Positions 1-10,322 of a DNA stretch of 64,000 nt are shown here, piece after piece (position 1 is the stretch's first letter; each line of letters begins with the position of its first letter). The notes under the pieces were generated by a model. It saw nothing but the letters and a program-made list of their open reading frames with translations, searched no databases and was not told where the DNA came from. The stretch is from an uncultured Holophagales bacterium (lineage in GTDB: Bacteria; Acidobacteriota; Thermoanaerobaculia; Multivoradales; UBA5704). Made by a program: the position numbers and the translations under genes. The DNA is taken from NCBI GenBank assembly GCA_963842525.1, contig CAWJGT010000006.1:64001-128000 (forward strand), given 5' to 3'.

Positions 1-230
1 GCGGTCATCTCCGCATCGGCAAACTGCGTGACCGCCTCACAGCCGAAGCGCAGGCTCCCGGGCCATGCCTCGGCCAGGGCGGCGAGGGTCTCGGACAGAG
101 TGGCCTCAGGGGTCTCTGGAGGGAGGAAGGCGAGCACGAAGTCCGGGTCACGCCCGGCGTCCACCGCGGCCGCGCGCAGCAGATCCTGGGGGCAAGGCCC
201 CGCCGGCAGGTGGACGATTCGGCTCCGCAT
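1..230 (-). CDS. Partial CDS running off the window start; possible FIST-type N-terminal sensory domain protein
   Basis: Manual translation from ATG at 230: MRSRIVHLPAGPCPQDLLRAAAVDAGRDPDFVLAFLPPETPEATLSETLAALAEAWPGSLRFGCEAVTQFADAEMT, open to the window edge with high-GC codon usage. The 'PDFVLAF...FGC' pattern resembles FIST N domains. Confidence 0.45.
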   Translation of the reverse strand, partial: MRSRIVHLPAGPCPQDLLRAAAVDAGRDPDFVLAFLPPETPEATLSETLAALAEAWPGSLRFGCEAVTQFADAEMT

Positions 231-294
231 CGCGGGAATGTCTCCCGGACCCCCCTGATTAGACCATGATCGAACCGTTCTGTGCTGATGACCG

Positions 295-1909
295 TCACGT
301 CCCGGTCGTCGGGTCGCTGTACTCTCCCCAGACCCCGCGCAGGGTGTCCGAGATCTCGCCCAGGGTCACTTCAGCGCGCACGCAGTCGAGGATCGGCGGC
401 ATCAGGTTGCGGTCGTCTTGGGCAGCGGCGGTGAGGTCACGCAGCGCTGCCTCGGCACGGGCCTGGTCGCGGCGGGTGCGCAGGGCCTGCACGCGCTCGA
501 CCTGCTCCTGCTCGGCAGCCGGGTCGATCCGCAGCGGCTCGGTCGGCACCTCCTCCTCGGCGGCGAAGGCGTTGACTCCCACCACTTTGGCCCGCCCCTC
601 CTCGATCGCGAGCTGGGCACGGTAGGCGGCCTCGGCGATCTCCCGCTGCTGGAAGCCCTGCTCGATGGCGGCGAGGCCGCCGCCCATCTCCTCGATGCGG
701 CCGATGTAGTCGCGGGCGCGCCGCACGATCTCGTCTGTCCAGGCCTCGACGACGTAGGAGCCGCCCAGGGGATCGGCCACGTCGGCCACACCGCTCTCGT
801 GGGCGATGATCTGCTGCGTACGCAGGGCCAGGCGGGCCGCCTCCTCGGTGGGCAGGCCGAGCGCCTCGTCGAGCGAGTTGGTGTGCAGCGACTGGGTGCC
901 GCCGCAGACCGCGGCGAGCGCCTGGATCGCCACCCGCACCACGTTGTTGGCCGGCTGCTGCGCGGTCAGCGTCGAGCCGGCGGTCTGGGTATGGAAGCGC
1001 AGCCAGAGCGACCGCGGGTCCTTGGGCGCGAAGCGCTCCCGCACCAGCTCGGCCCACAGGCGCCGCGCCGCCCGGAACTTCGCCACCTCTTCCAGGAAGT
1101 TGTTGTGGGCGTTGAAGAAGAAGGAGAGGCGCGGCGCGAAGTCGTCGATGGCGAGACCGCGGTCGAGCGCGGCCCGTACGTAGGTGAGGCCGTTGGCGAG
1201 GGTGAAGGCCACCTCCTGGACGGCGGTCGAGCCGGCCTCGCGCATGTGGTAGCCGGAGATCGAGATCGGGTTCCATTTCGGCACCCGCTCGGCGCAGAAG
1301 GCGATCAGGTCGGTCACCAGCCGCAGCGACGGCCCGGGCGGATAGATGTAGGTGCCGCGGGCGGCGTATTCCTTGAGGATGTCGTTCTGGACCGTGCCCC
1401 CGACCCTGGTCCAGGGGACCCCCTGCTCCTCGGCGACCACGAGATAAAGGGCCAACAGGATGGGGGCGGTCGCGTTGATGGTCATCGAGGTGGTGACCCG
1501 GTCGAGGGGGATGCCGTCGAAGAGGCGGCGCATGTCCGCGATCGAGTCGATGGCCACGCCGACGCGGCCGACCTCGCCGCGCGCCATCGGATGGTCGGAG
1601 TCGTAGCCGATCTGGGTCGGCAGGTCGAAGGCCACGGACAGGCCGGTCGTCCCCTGGGAGAGCAGGTAGCGGTAGCGGCGGTTCGAACTCGGCGGCGCTC
1701 GAATAGCCGGCGTACTGGCGCATGGTCCAGTGCCGCTTGCGGTACATGTCGCGGTACAGGCCGCGGGTGTAGGGATACGCCCCGGGGTCGCCCACCTGCT
1801 CGGCATAGTCGACCCCCGCCGTGTCCCCGGGACCGTAGAATGGCTGGACCAGGATCTCGGACGAGGTCTCGCGGACGTCCTCGTCGGAAGCGGGGGTCTC
1901 GGTAGCCAT
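295..1909 (-). CDS. Methylmalonyl-CoA mutase, large (substrate-binding) subunit; one frameshift near 1686
   Basis: N-part ([30 protein letters not shown]) lies in ORF 437..1909. The rest ([56 protein letters not shown]) lies in ORF 295..1917. One extra T (GAGTTCGAAC vs GAGTCGAAC) separates the frames. Confidence 0.93.
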
Positions 1910-1973
1910 GAAGGCATTCTATCCAGAGAGGAGGAGGGGCGGGGCTCTGCTAGAGTTCGAACGCGTGAGGAAG

Positions 1974-2414
1974 ATGCCGCGGATCACTGCCGAAACTGCC
2001 CGTGAGCGGGCGCGCCGGGCCGCCGAGGCCCTGGCGGCGGACCCTCGTGTGCGGCTGGTCTTCCTCTTCGGCTCGGCCGCGGACCCGGAGCGGGCAACTG
2101 TCCGCGATGTCGATCTGGCGGTGCTGACTGACCGGTCTCTGGGCCTCTACGAGCGGCTGAACCTGCTGACGGATGCGGAAAGCGCCGCAGGAGGGGAGAT
2201 CGATCTCGTCTCGTTGAACGACGCTTCGGTGGTGCTGGCGCACGAAGTGGCGGAAGGGCAGTGCCTCTATGCCGACCCCCCGGAGGTCGAAACCGACTTC
2301 GTGACGCGGGCCCGGATGCGCTACTTCGATTTCAAGTGGTACCTCGACCAGCAATGGAAGCTGACTGGGGAGCGATTGGAGGAGCGCCGTCGAAAGTGGA
2401 ACGAGCCAGCCTAG
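1974..2414 (+). CDS. Minimal nucleotidyltransferase (MntA/type VII antitoxin-like)
   Basis: LVFLFGS...RDVDLAV and [11 protein letters not shown] motifs of Pol-beta MNT domains; C-terminal YFDF motif. Confidence 0.85.
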   Translation: MPRITAETARERARRAAEALAADPRVRLVFLFGSAADPERATVRDVDLAVLTDRSLGLYERLNLLTDAESAAGGEIDLVSLNDASVVLAHEVAEGQCLYADPPEVETDFVTRARMRYFDFKWYLDQQWKLTGERLEERRRKWNEPA

Positions 2415-2429
2415 ACAAGGGAGAACTGT

Positions 2430-3471
2430 ATGTCCATGTCCTTACTCTATAGATCCGTCCGTCTCGCCCTCATGTCGCTCCTGCTCGCCAATTCGCTCCA
2501 GGCGGCCACGCTGATCGTGGCCAACAAGTCGGAGGCCACGGTCTCGCTGGTCGACCTCGGGTCGGGGAAGGTGGCGGCGACGCTGCCGGTGGGGCAGGGG
2601 CCGCACGAGGTGGCCGTCTCCCCCAGCGGCCGGCTCGCCCTGATTGCCAACTACGGCCGCCAGGGGCAGCCGGGCTCGTCCCTGACGCTCATCGACGTCC
2701 CCGCCGCCAAGGTCGTCAGGACGATCGACCTCGGCGAGTACCGGCGGCCCCACGGGTTGGCTTTCCTCGACGAGCGGCGCGCCCTGGTGACCGCGGAGGT
2801 GAACCAGGCTCTGCTGGAGGTCGACACCGAAACCGGCAAGGTGGAGGGGGCCGTGAAGACCGACCAGCGGGTCTCGCACATGGTGGCCATGGCCCCGGGC
2901 GCCTCGCGTGCCTTCATCTCCAGCATCGCCTCGGGCACGATGACGGCCGTCGACCTCAAAGAGAAGAAAAAGGTCGGCGACGTGCCGACCGGCGCGGGCG
3001 CGGAGGGGATCGCCGTCACTCCGGACGGCAAGCAGGTCTGGGTCACCAACCGCGAGGCGGACTCGGTCAGCGTCATCGACGCCGGCACGCTCCAGGTGCT
3101 CGCCACGCTCCCCTCGGCCTCCTTCCCGATCCGTGCCGAGGTGACGCCGGACGGCAAGCGCGTCCTGGTCTCCAACGCCCGCTCGGGCGACCTTTCGGTC
3201 TTCTCGGTGGCCGACCGGAAGCTGGAGCGCCGGATCCCGCTGGTGCTCGAGGGAAAGCCTGTCACGGAAGGCCGCCTGATGGAGATGGGGGAGAAGCTCG
3301 GTCCCTATCGGCATCGAGATCGCGCTGGACGGCAAGCGCGCCTATGTCGCGCACGCCAACGCCGACCAGATCTCGATCGTCGACCTCCAGAGCTGGAAGC
3401 GGATCGGCTCCCTCACGGCCGGCAAGGAGCCGGACGGCATGGGGTATTCGAAGCTGGCGGTGAAGAAGTAG
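2430..3471 (+). CDS. Secreted YVTN/YncE-family beta-propeller protein; frameshift near 3290
   Basis: Signal peptide, then repeats such as VGQGPHEVAVSPSG, GAEGIAVTPDGKQVWVTN, FPIRAEVTPDGKRVLVSN. The last blade (VPIGIEIALDGKRAYVAHANADQISIVDL...GKEPDGMGYS) continues in another frame to TAG at 3469-3471. Confidence 0.85.
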
Positions 3472-3474
3472 GCC

Positions 3475-3738
3475 TCATTCCGCCGTTCCGTCCCCCATCT
3501 CCCCGTGACGGCCGCCGCCGCGCCATTCCGGGTCGCGGCGCGCAAAAGCGTCCATGTCGTGAGGGACCTCGATCAGGGTGCGGGTGACGTTCGGGTCGCA
3601 GGTCTCGTTCTCGCACTCGTAGGTGTAGACATTCCAGTCGCCGTTGCGGCTGAACCCCGAGAGCGTCTGGTAAGTATTGCAATGTCCGCATTTGACGGAT
3701 ATATTGCGGATGTTGATCTGATCGGCCATCGCGGCCAT
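3475..3738 (-). CDS. Small zinc-ribbon-like hypothetical protein
   Basis: 87 aa with CGHC...CENETC; GAGGAGG RBS upstream of the start. Confidence 0.7.
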   Translation of the reverse strand: MAAMADQINIRNISVKCGHCNTYQTLSGFSRNGDWNVYTYECENETCDPNVTRTLIEVPHDMDAFARRDPEWRGGGRHGEMGDGTAE

Positions 3739-3830
3739 CGCTGCCTCCTCCGGGCGACCGTTAAGAAGCCGCCGTGTTTCCGCCGATCATCCCACGCATG
3801 GTCCGTCTTTTGCACTCCTTCACCGCCGGC

Positions 3831-4823
3831 ATGAGAGAGACGCACCACGCCACGCCGTTGCGAGTCCCCCTGAGCCTGCTGCTGGCGGCCATTCTGGCGG
3901 TATCTCCGCTGTGGGCGGCCCTCCCAGAGCCTCAGGACACTCCGCAGGACCCGATGTCCGGGTTCACCGAGGAAGTCTCGGTCGGGTATGTGCTGGTGCC
4001 GGTCGTCGTCCGCTCCGGATCGAAGTACATGAGGAACCTGGACCAGGACGACTTCAGCGTTCTCGTGGATGGCAGGAAGGTGCGGATCGAGAGCTTCGAG
4101 CAGCGGGCCGAGGCGCCGGCGAGCGTCGTGATCCTGCAGGATCTTTCCGGAAGCATGGAGACCGGCGGCAACATCGGCCTGAGCCGCGATGTGGCGACCT
4201 TCTTCCTCGACAAGGCATTGACCGGCGACGAGTACTCGATCGCGACCTTCGCCAGCGGCAACCTGCAGGTCGAGGTGCCGTTCACCTCCGACCTCGGGAC
4301 GTTGCGCGAGGCGGTGCGGAGCTGGAGGCCCTGGGGCACCACGGCGCTCCACGATGCCGTTGCGGCGGTGCCGTCGCTCTCTCTCCAGGGGAACAACCCC
4401 AAGAGGTTCGCCATCCTGATCACCGACGGGATCGACAACGCAAGCCGGATCCCGCCGGAGCAGGCACGGGAGATCGTGCGCCAGGCGCAGCTCCCGTTCT
4501 ACGTGATCGGCATGGACAGCGGGAGCCCCTTCGAGGTCACGCAGGAGGGGAAGAAGCTCTACCGCTATGCCGACGTGTTGAACCTGCTGGCCGCGACGAG
4601 CGGCGGCCGTTATTTCTCCGTCTCGGACCGGCAGGACCTCCAGGAGGCGCTGACCGCAATCCTGGACGATCTGCGGCACCAGTACGTCCTGGGTTTCTCG
4701 ACCGGCGAAGGCCCTTCACGCCTACGCGACCTCAAGGTGCAGGTCGATGCGGGAGACCGCACCGTCCTCTTCCGTCGTGGGTACCAGGGACCGCCGCCGG
4801 CGAGCTTCGCCCAGGGCGGTTGA
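3831..4823 (+). CDS. Secreted VWA-domain protein (acidobacterial VWFA-related family)
   Basis: Signal peptide, FTEEVSVGYVLVPVVV, MIDAS motif DLSGSM, TALHDAV, LITDGID, LRHQYVLGF, RRGY. Confidence 0.88.
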   Translation: MRETHHATPLRVPLSLLLAAILAVSPLWAALPEPQDTPQDPMSGFTEEVSVGYVLVPVVVRSGSKYMRNLDQDDFSVLVDGRKVRIESFEQRAEAPASVVILQDLSGSMETGGNIGLSRDVATFFLDKALTGDEYSIATFASGNLQVEVPFTSDLGTLREAVRSWRPWGTTALHDAVAAVPSLSLQGNNPKRFAILITDGIDNASRIPPEQAREIVRQAQLPFYVIGMDSGSPFEVTQEGKKLYRYADVLNLLAATSGGRYFSVSDRQDLQEALTAILDDLRHQYVLGFSTGEGPSRLRDLKVQVDAGDRTVLFRRGYQGPPPASFAQGG

Positions 4824-4872
4824 CCCATAACTCGGCCCCACGCGGGCCCCTCAGAAACGAGGAGGAGTAAAA

Positions 4873-5475
4873 ATGCGCAAGCTATGGACCTTGGCCGTGG
4901 CATTGCTGTTGATGGTTGCCTTCACCGGCTGCGCCACCAAGAAGTATGTGAAGCAGGAGACGGGCGCGGTCGGTACCCGCGTCGATGATGTGCAGGGTCA
5001 GGTCGAGGAGGCGCAGACCCGCCTCGACACGCACGATCGGCAGATCGGCGAGACCTCCCGCACCGCCCAGGAGGCGCTCCAGCGCGCCCAGGAGGCCGGC
5101 AAGCTGGCCCAGGGCAAGCTGCTCTATGAGACGGTGCTGACCGACGAGAAGGTGAAGTTCGGCTTCGACACCTCGGACCTGTCCCCGGAGGCCAGGGCGG
5201 CGGTCGACGAGTTCGCCTCCCAGCTCGCGAGCCAGAACAAGGGTGTCTACATCGAGATCCAGGGCCACACCGACAGCGTGGGCTCGGACAACTACAACGA
5301 GGAGCTGGGCCTGCTGCGGGCCGAGGCGGTGCGCCGCTATCTGAGCCAGCAGCACAAGTTCCCGCTACACCGGATCAACGTGATCTCGTACGGCGAGACG
5401 GCGCCGGTCTCCGACAACGGCAACCGCGATGGCCGTTCCCAGAACCGGCGCGTCGCGCTGGTCGTCCTGGAGTAG
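4873..5475 (+). CDS. OmpA-family lipoprotein
   Basis: Lipobox FTGC; IQGHTDSVG, ISYGE, NRRV OmpA motifs; GGAGGAG RBS. Confidence 0.92.
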   Translation: MRKLWTLAVALLLMVAFTGCATKKYVKQETGAVGTRVDDVQGQVEEAQTRLDTHDRQIGETSRTAQEALQRAQEAGKLAQGKLLYETVLTDEKVKFGFDTSDLSPEARAAVDEFASQLASQNKGVYIEIQGHTDSVGSDNYNEELGLLRAEAVRRYLSQQHKFPLHRINVISYGETAPVSDNGNRDGRSQNRRVALVVLE

Positions 5476-5517
5476 CCCTCACCCCTGGCCCCTCTCCCGC
5501 GTGAGCGGGAGAGGGGG
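5476..5517. repeat. REP-like palindrome, family 1 (CCCTCACCCC...CCTCTCCC...GGGAGAGGG), between convergent genes
   Basis: ccctcacccctggcccctctcccgcgtgagcgggagagggg hairpin; the same motif recurs more than 10 times in the window. Confidence 0.8.
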
Positions 5518-5526
5518 TCCGTCTCC

Positions 5527-6063
5527 TTACACCCCGGCTTCTTTGAGGATCCGCCTGAGAGTAGGGCCGTCGGCGAGCCCCGGCTTGAGGTAGGTGACCT
5601 TCCCCTTCTTGTCGACCACCATCAGGGTGGGCAGGGCCAGGACTCCGAGCCGATCGGAGACCGTGCTGTCCGCGTCGAGGAGGACGGGATAGGGGAACGG
5701 CTTGTCCTTCACGAAGCTCTTCACCGTCCCCTCGTCCTCGCCGACGTTGGTGGCGAGGAACTGCACGTTCTTCCCCTGGTAGTCCTTGTGGAGCGCTTCG
5801 AGGATGCGCGCCTGGACGTGACAGGGGCCGCACCACGAGGCCCAGAAGTCGACGACGACGACCTTGCCCGGGAAGTCCCGGGGGCCGAGCTTGCGGCCGT
5901 CCAGAGTCTTGAGCCGGAACTCCGGCTTGGTGCCGACCGTCGTCGCCCCGCCGCTGGGGCCGGCGGACGCGCCGTCCTTGCAGCCGAAGAGCAGCAACGC
6001 GACGAGCGCGGCCAGCATCAGGACCGAACGTTTGGTGCTGCCGGGGGAGCTGTTCATCACCAT
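5527..6063 (-). CDS. TlpA/ResA-family thioredoxin-like lipoprotein
   Basis: Lipobox LFGC; VVVDFWASWCGPC; cis-Pro LPT motif. Confidence 0.9.
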   Translation of the reverse strand: MVMNSSPGSTKRSVLMLAALVALLLFGCKDGASAGPSGGATTVGTKPEFRLKTLDGRKLGPRDFPGKVVVVDFWASWCGPCHVQARILEALHKDYQGKNVQFLATNVGEDEGTVKSFVKDKPFPYPVLLDADSTVSDRLGVLALPTLMVVDKKGKVTYLKPGLADGPTLRRILKEAGV

Positions 6064-6098
6064 GGCCTCGCGAGCATAGAGGATCGTTTCATCGCGCC

Positions 6099-6135
6099 AA
6101 ACAAACAAAGGGGGCACGGGATTCCCGTGCCCCCT
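6099..6135 (-). terminator. Rho-independent terminator of nrdJ
   Basis: Minus strand reads AGGGGGCACGGGAATCCCGTGCCCCCT followed by TTGTTTGTTT, ~20 bp after the nrdJ stop. Confidence 0.8.
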
Positions 6136-6156
6136 GATCCCTCCTGCGAAGCCGGC

Positions 6157-8985
6157 CTAGCTACAGCCGCTGGTCGAGCCGCAGTTCCCGCACTTGTAGC
6201 AGCTCCCGTTGCGCACCATGATCGATCCGCACTCGTGGCAGCTCGGCGCGTCCTGCTGGTAGAGGTACGCCGGCCGCAGCGGAGCCGCCTCCGCCTTGAT
6301 CGCCTGCGCCACCGGCTCCAGCCGCCCGCCGCCGAGGAGGGGCATCGGCGTGCTCAGGTCCTGCTGCGGTTCGTCGCGCAGGATCACCCCCGCGGCCTCC
6401 TTGTCCGCCCGCGACAGGAACTTCGAGGCCAGCCAGCGGAAGATGTAGTCGGTGATCGACTTGGCGATCGGGATCTCCGGGTTCTTGGTGAAGCCGGAGG
6501 GCTCGAAGCGCGTGTGGGTGAACTTGTCCACCATCGTCTGCAGCGGCACTCCGTACTGGAGCGCGATCGAGATCGAGGTGGCGAAGGAGTCCATCAGGCC
6601 CGAGATCGTCGACCCCTCCTTGGCCATCACCAGGAAGATCTCGCCCGGCTGCCCGTTCTCGTAGAGCCCGACCGTGAGGTAGCCCTCGTGCGCGTTGATC
6701 GAGAACTTGTGGGTGATCGCCTGCCGCTCGTCCGGCAGCTTCTTGCGCACGGCCCGCCGCTCCGTCACCGGGGTCTGGACCTGCAGGGCCTGCTGCGCGG
6801 TCTCGTCCTTCTTGGTCGACAGCGGCTGGCTCCGCTTGCAGTTGTCGCGGTAGATGGCCACCGCCTTGAGGCCCATCTGCCAGCCTTCGATGTAGGCCTG
6901 CATGATGTCGTCCGGCGTCGAGTCCTCGGGCATGTTGATCGTCTTGCTGATCGCGCCCGAGATGAACGGCTGCACCGCCGCCAGCATCTTGAGGTGACCC
7001 ATGTAGTGGATGGAGCGCGACCCCTTGTGGGCCTTGAAGGCGCAGTCGAAGACCGGAAGGTGGTCCTCCTTGAGGTTCGGCGCGCCCTCGATGGTGTCGT
7101 TCTCGTCGATGTATTCGACGATGGCGCGGACCTCGTCCTTGTCGTAGCCCAGCCGCTTCAGGGCGTTCGGCACCGTCTGGTTGACGATCTTGATCATGCC
7201 GCCGCCGACCAGCTTCTTGTACTTGACGAGGGCGATGTCGGGCTCCACGCCGGTGGTGTCGCAGTCCATCATGAAGGCGATCGTGCCGGTGGGGGCGAGC
7301 ACCGAGATCTGGCTGTTGCGCAGGCCGTGGCGCTCGCCGAGGTCGACCACCTCGTCCCAGGAGTGCTTGGCGGCCTGGAGGAGCTCCAGCGGGGCGTGCG
7401 CCGCGTCGACATGCTTCACAGCCTCGCGGTGCTTGCGCATGACCCGGAGCATGGGCTGGCGGTTGGTCTCGAAGTCCACGAACGGGCCCTTGGCGGCGGC
7501 GATGCGGGCCGATTGGGCGTAGGAGGCGCCGGTCATCAGCGCGGTGATCGCGGCGGCGTAGTCGCGGCCGGAGTCGGAGTCGTAGGGGAGGCCGCGCGCC
7601 ATGAGCAGGGCGCCGAGGTTGGCGTAGCCGATCCCCAGCGGCCGGAACCTCTCCGAGTTGGCGCCGATCTTCGGCGTCGGATAGCTGGCGTTGCTGACGA
7701 TGATCTCCATGGCCGAGATCACCACCTCGCAGCAGTGGCGGAAGCTCGCCACGTCGAAGCCCATGGTCTCGTCGTAGAAGCGCATCAGGTTCAGCGATGC
7801 CAGGTTGCACGCCGTATCGTCGAGGAACATGTACTCGCTGCACGGGTTGCTGGCATAGATGCGGTCGGTGGCGGCGCAGGTGTGCCAGTCGTTGATCGTG
7901 GTGTCGTACTGCACCCCGGGATCGCCGCACGCCCAGGCCGCCTCGGAGATCGTCTTCATGAGCTTGCGGGCCTTGTGGGTCCCCATGGGCTGGCCGCCGA
8001 CGCGCGCCCGTGTGTGCCACTCGCCGTCGTCTTCGACGGCCTTCATGAAGCTGTCGGTCACCCGCACCGAGTGGTTGGCGTTCTGGTAGGCGATCGAGTC
8101 GTAGGCGCCGCCCGGCACGTTGAAGCTGCCGTCATAGCCGGCGTCGATGAGGGCCCAGGCCTTGCGCTCCTCGACCTCCTTGCACTTGATGAAATCCTCG
8201 ATATCGGGGTGGTCGATGTCGAGCATGACCATCTTGGCCGCCCGGCGGGTCTTGCCGCCGCTCTTGATGACGCCGGCGAAAGCGTCGAAGCCCTTCATGA
8301 AGGAGACCGGGCCGGAGGCGGTGCCGCCGCCGGCGAGGGGCTCCCGGGAGGAGCGCAGCTTGGAGAGGTTGCTGCCCGTGCCCGAGCCATACTTGAAGAG
8401 CATCCCCTCGGTCCTGGCCAGGGTGAGGATCGAGTCCATCGTGTCCTGGACCGAGTTGATGAAGCAGGCCGAGCACTGCGGCTTCTCCTCGATGCCGACG
8501 TTGAACCAGACCGGCGAGTTGAAGCAGGCGTATTGATAGAGGAGGATGTGGGTCAGCTCGTCGCGGAAGGTCCGGGCGTCCTCGTCGGCGGCGAAGTAGC
8601 CGCCCTCGCGTCCCCAGCCGGTCACCGTCTCGGCGACGCGGCCGATGAGCTGGCGGACGCTGCGCTCGCGCTGCGGCGAGCCGAGCTGGCCGCGGAAGTA
8701 CTTGCTCACCACTACGTTGGTGGCGGTCTGCGACCAGGCCTTGGGCACCTCGACGCCGCGCTGCTCGAAGATCTTCTCCCCCTTCTCATTGGTGATCACC
8801 GCGTCGCGCAGCTCCCATTCGACGGTGTCGTAGGGGTCTGCTCCGGGCGTCGTGTAGAGACGCTCGAAGCGCAGGCCCCCGGCGGCGGCTTCGGTGGCTC
8901 GGAGGCCCTCTTTTTGGGGAGTCTCCACGTCCAGGACGTCCTTGCCTCGCGAACGCTGCGCCTTCACCGCCGACTGAGTAACCAT
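6157..8985 (-). CDS. nrdJ: Vitamin B12-dependent (class II) ribonucleotide reductase
   Basis: FNSPVWFN, QCSACFI, ASNPCSEY, ACNLASLN, LAPTGTI, GAISKTINMP, C-terminal TSCPD domain and CxxC...CxxC..GCS tail. Confidence 0.97.
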   Translation of the reverse strand: MVTQSAVKAQRSRGKDVLDVETPQKEGLRATEAAAGGLRFERLYTTPGADPYDTVEWELRDAVITNEKGEKIFEQRGVEVPKAWSQTATNVVVSKYFRGQLGSPQRERSVRQLIGRVAETVTGWGREGGYFAADEDARTFRDELTHILLYQYACFNSPVWFNVGIEEKPQCSACFINSVQDTMDSILTLARTEGMLFKYGSGTGSNLSKLRSSREPLAGGGTASGPVSFMKGFDAFAGVIKSGGKTRRAAKMVMLDIDHPDIEDFIKCKEVEERKAWALIDAGYDGSFNVPGGAYDSIAYQNANHSVRVTDSFMKAVEDDGEWHTRARVGGQPMGTHKARKLMKTISEAAWACGDPGVQYDTTINDWHTCAATDRIYASNPCSEYMFLDDTACNLASLNLMRFYDETMGFDVASFRHCCEVVISAMEIIVSNASYPTPKIGANSERFRPLGIGYANLGALLMARGLPYDSDSGRDYAAAITALMTGASYAQSARIAAAKGPFVDFETNRQPMLRVMRKHREAVKHVDAAHAPLELLQAAKHSWDEVVDLGERHGLRNSQISVLAPTGTIAFMMDCDTTGVEPDIALVKYKKLVGGGMIKIVNQTVPNALKRLGYDKDEVRAIVEYIDENDTIEGAPNLKEDHLPVFDCAFKAHKGSRSIHYMGHLKMLAAVQPFISGAISKTINMPEDSTPDDIMQAYIEGWQMGLKAVAIYRDNCKRSQPLSTKKDETAQQALQVQTPVTERRAVRKKLPDERQAITHKFSINAHEGYLTVGLYENGQPGEIFLVMAKEGSTISGLMDSFATSISIALQYGVPLQTMVDKFTHTRFEPSGFTKNPEIPIAKSITDYIFRWLASKFLSRADKEAAGVILRDEPQQDLSTPMPLLGGGRLEPVAQAIKAEAAPLRPAYLYQQDAPSCHECGSIMVRNGSCYKCGNCGSTSGCS

Positions 8986-9048
8986 CGTGCTGGCCTCCTC
9001 CTGTTGAATCTCGCGGGTCCTCTGGAAACAACGAGCCCCAAACTACAC

Positions 9049-9095
9049 CCCCAAGATATGGGGTGTCAATCGTTCGGAGCCACTACAAATTGGTC
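9049..9095. promoter_or_regulatory. Tandem NrdR boxes upstream of nrdJ
   Basis: ccccAAgATaTgGggt (9049-9064) and ccaCTAcAaaTTGgtc (9080-9095) match acaCwAtATaTwGtgt and are 31 bp apart, the usual tandem spacing. Confidence 0.8.
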
Positions 9096-9248
9096 CACTG
9101 CCGTGGAAGGTCTTACATCTGGGAGCCGGTCCGGCGGGAGAAAAAATTACAGCGAGGCGCGGGCTGTGCTAGTCTCCAGGGCCGTTCAACCGGACCGCCT
9201 CGTTCCGCGGGCGCGACACCAACCGACTAGAACCGAGTGGGGGAAGCG

Positions 9249-10313
9249 ATGAAGAGGATCGTCCACATCGTGGGCACAGGCACCATCGGTGAGCCGCTGC
9301 TCGGCCTGTTCACCGATTTCCGGGAGAAGATGGGGATCGACGAGGTCACGTTCCACAAGCGGACGCCGTTGGCTTCCGACCGCGCCCGATTACAGCATCT
9401 CATCGATCGCGGAGCCAAGCTCGCCGTGGACGACGATGCCCGCGGCGAGTTCGAGGAGCTCGGGCACCAGGCCAGCTTCGAGGCCCGCGAAGCACTGGAG
9501 CGGGCCACGGTCGTGGTGGACTGCACCCCGGCCGGCAATGAGAACAAGGAGATCTACAAGGATATCAGCGGCCCCAGGGGCTTCCTCGCCCAGGGGAGCG
9601 AGTTCGACTTCGGCAAGCCCTACGCCCGCGGGGTCAACGACGAGACCCTGGTCCCCGGCGAGGACCGGTTCCTCCAGATCGTCTCCTGCAACACCCACAA
9701 CATCACCACGTTGATCAAGACGGTCTGCAATGACGGCGACGGCCAGGAGTACTGCCTGCACAAGGGGACCTTCGTCTGCATGCGGCGGGCGAACGACATC
9801 TCGCAGACCGGCAGCTTTGTGCCGTCGCCCAACGTGGGCAAGCACGACGACCCGGAGTTCGGCACCCACCATGCCCGCGACGCCCATCACGTGTTCAAGA
9901 CGCTGGACAAGGACTTCAACCTCTTCTCCAGCGCGGTCAAGCTGAACACGCAGCTCATGCACTCGATCTGGTTCAGCCTGGAGCTCACCCGGGACACCAC
10001 GGTCGAGGAGGTACGGCAGCGGCTGCGGGAGAATCCGCTGGTGGCGATGACCGACAAACGGTACGCCAACCTGATCTTCAGCTTCGGCCGCGACCACGGC
10101 TACTATGGCCGCATCCTCTCCCAGACGGTGGTGGTACAGCCCACGATCGCGGTGCGCCGCAAGCGGGAGGTCTACGGCTTCTGTTTCACGCCGCAGGACG
10201 GCAACTCGCTGCTGTCGTCGGTGGCCGCGACCCTCTGGCTGATCGATCCCGATCCGGAAAGCGTGCGCACCCGGCTCCAACCGCTCAAGCGCTGGCTGTA
10301 CCGGGAGATTTGA
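9249..10313 (+). CDS. Archaeal type II GAPDH-like dehydrogenase
   Basis: Rossmann GTGTIG, VVDCTP, AQGSE, catalytic-like VSCNTH, RRAND and GTHHARD match archaeal GAPDH motifs. Confidence 0.7.
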   Translation: MKRIVHIVGTGTIGEPLLGLFTDFREKMGIDEVTFHKRTPLASDRARLQHLIDRGAKLAVDDDARGEFEELGHQASFEAREALERATVVVDCTPAGNENKEIYKDISGPRGFLAQGSEFDFGKPYARGVNDETLVPGEDRFLQIVSCNTHNITTLIKTVCNDGDGQEYCLHKGTFVCMRRANDISQTGSFVPSPNVGKHDDPEFGTHHARDAHHVFKTLDKDFNLFSSAVKLNTQLMHSIWFSLELTRDTTVEEVRQRLRENPLVAMTDKRYANLIFSFGRDHGYYGRILSQTVVVQPTIAVRRKREVYGFCFTPQDGNSLLSSVAATLWLIDPDPESVRTRLQPLKRWLYREI

Positions 10314-10322
10314 GCCTGAAAG

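Noticed and set aside
1670-1700. Programmed frameshift in methylmalonyl-CoA mutase
   Set aside because: No slippery heptamer is evident; one of several similar indels best explained as sequencing error.
5788-9252. 1154-aa plus-strand ORF and other very long antisense ORFs (22399..27204, 35348..42991, 43070..46696, 54176..57685)
   Set aside because: Shadow ORFs on the opposite strand of high-GC genes with clear motifs; they contain no recognisable domains.
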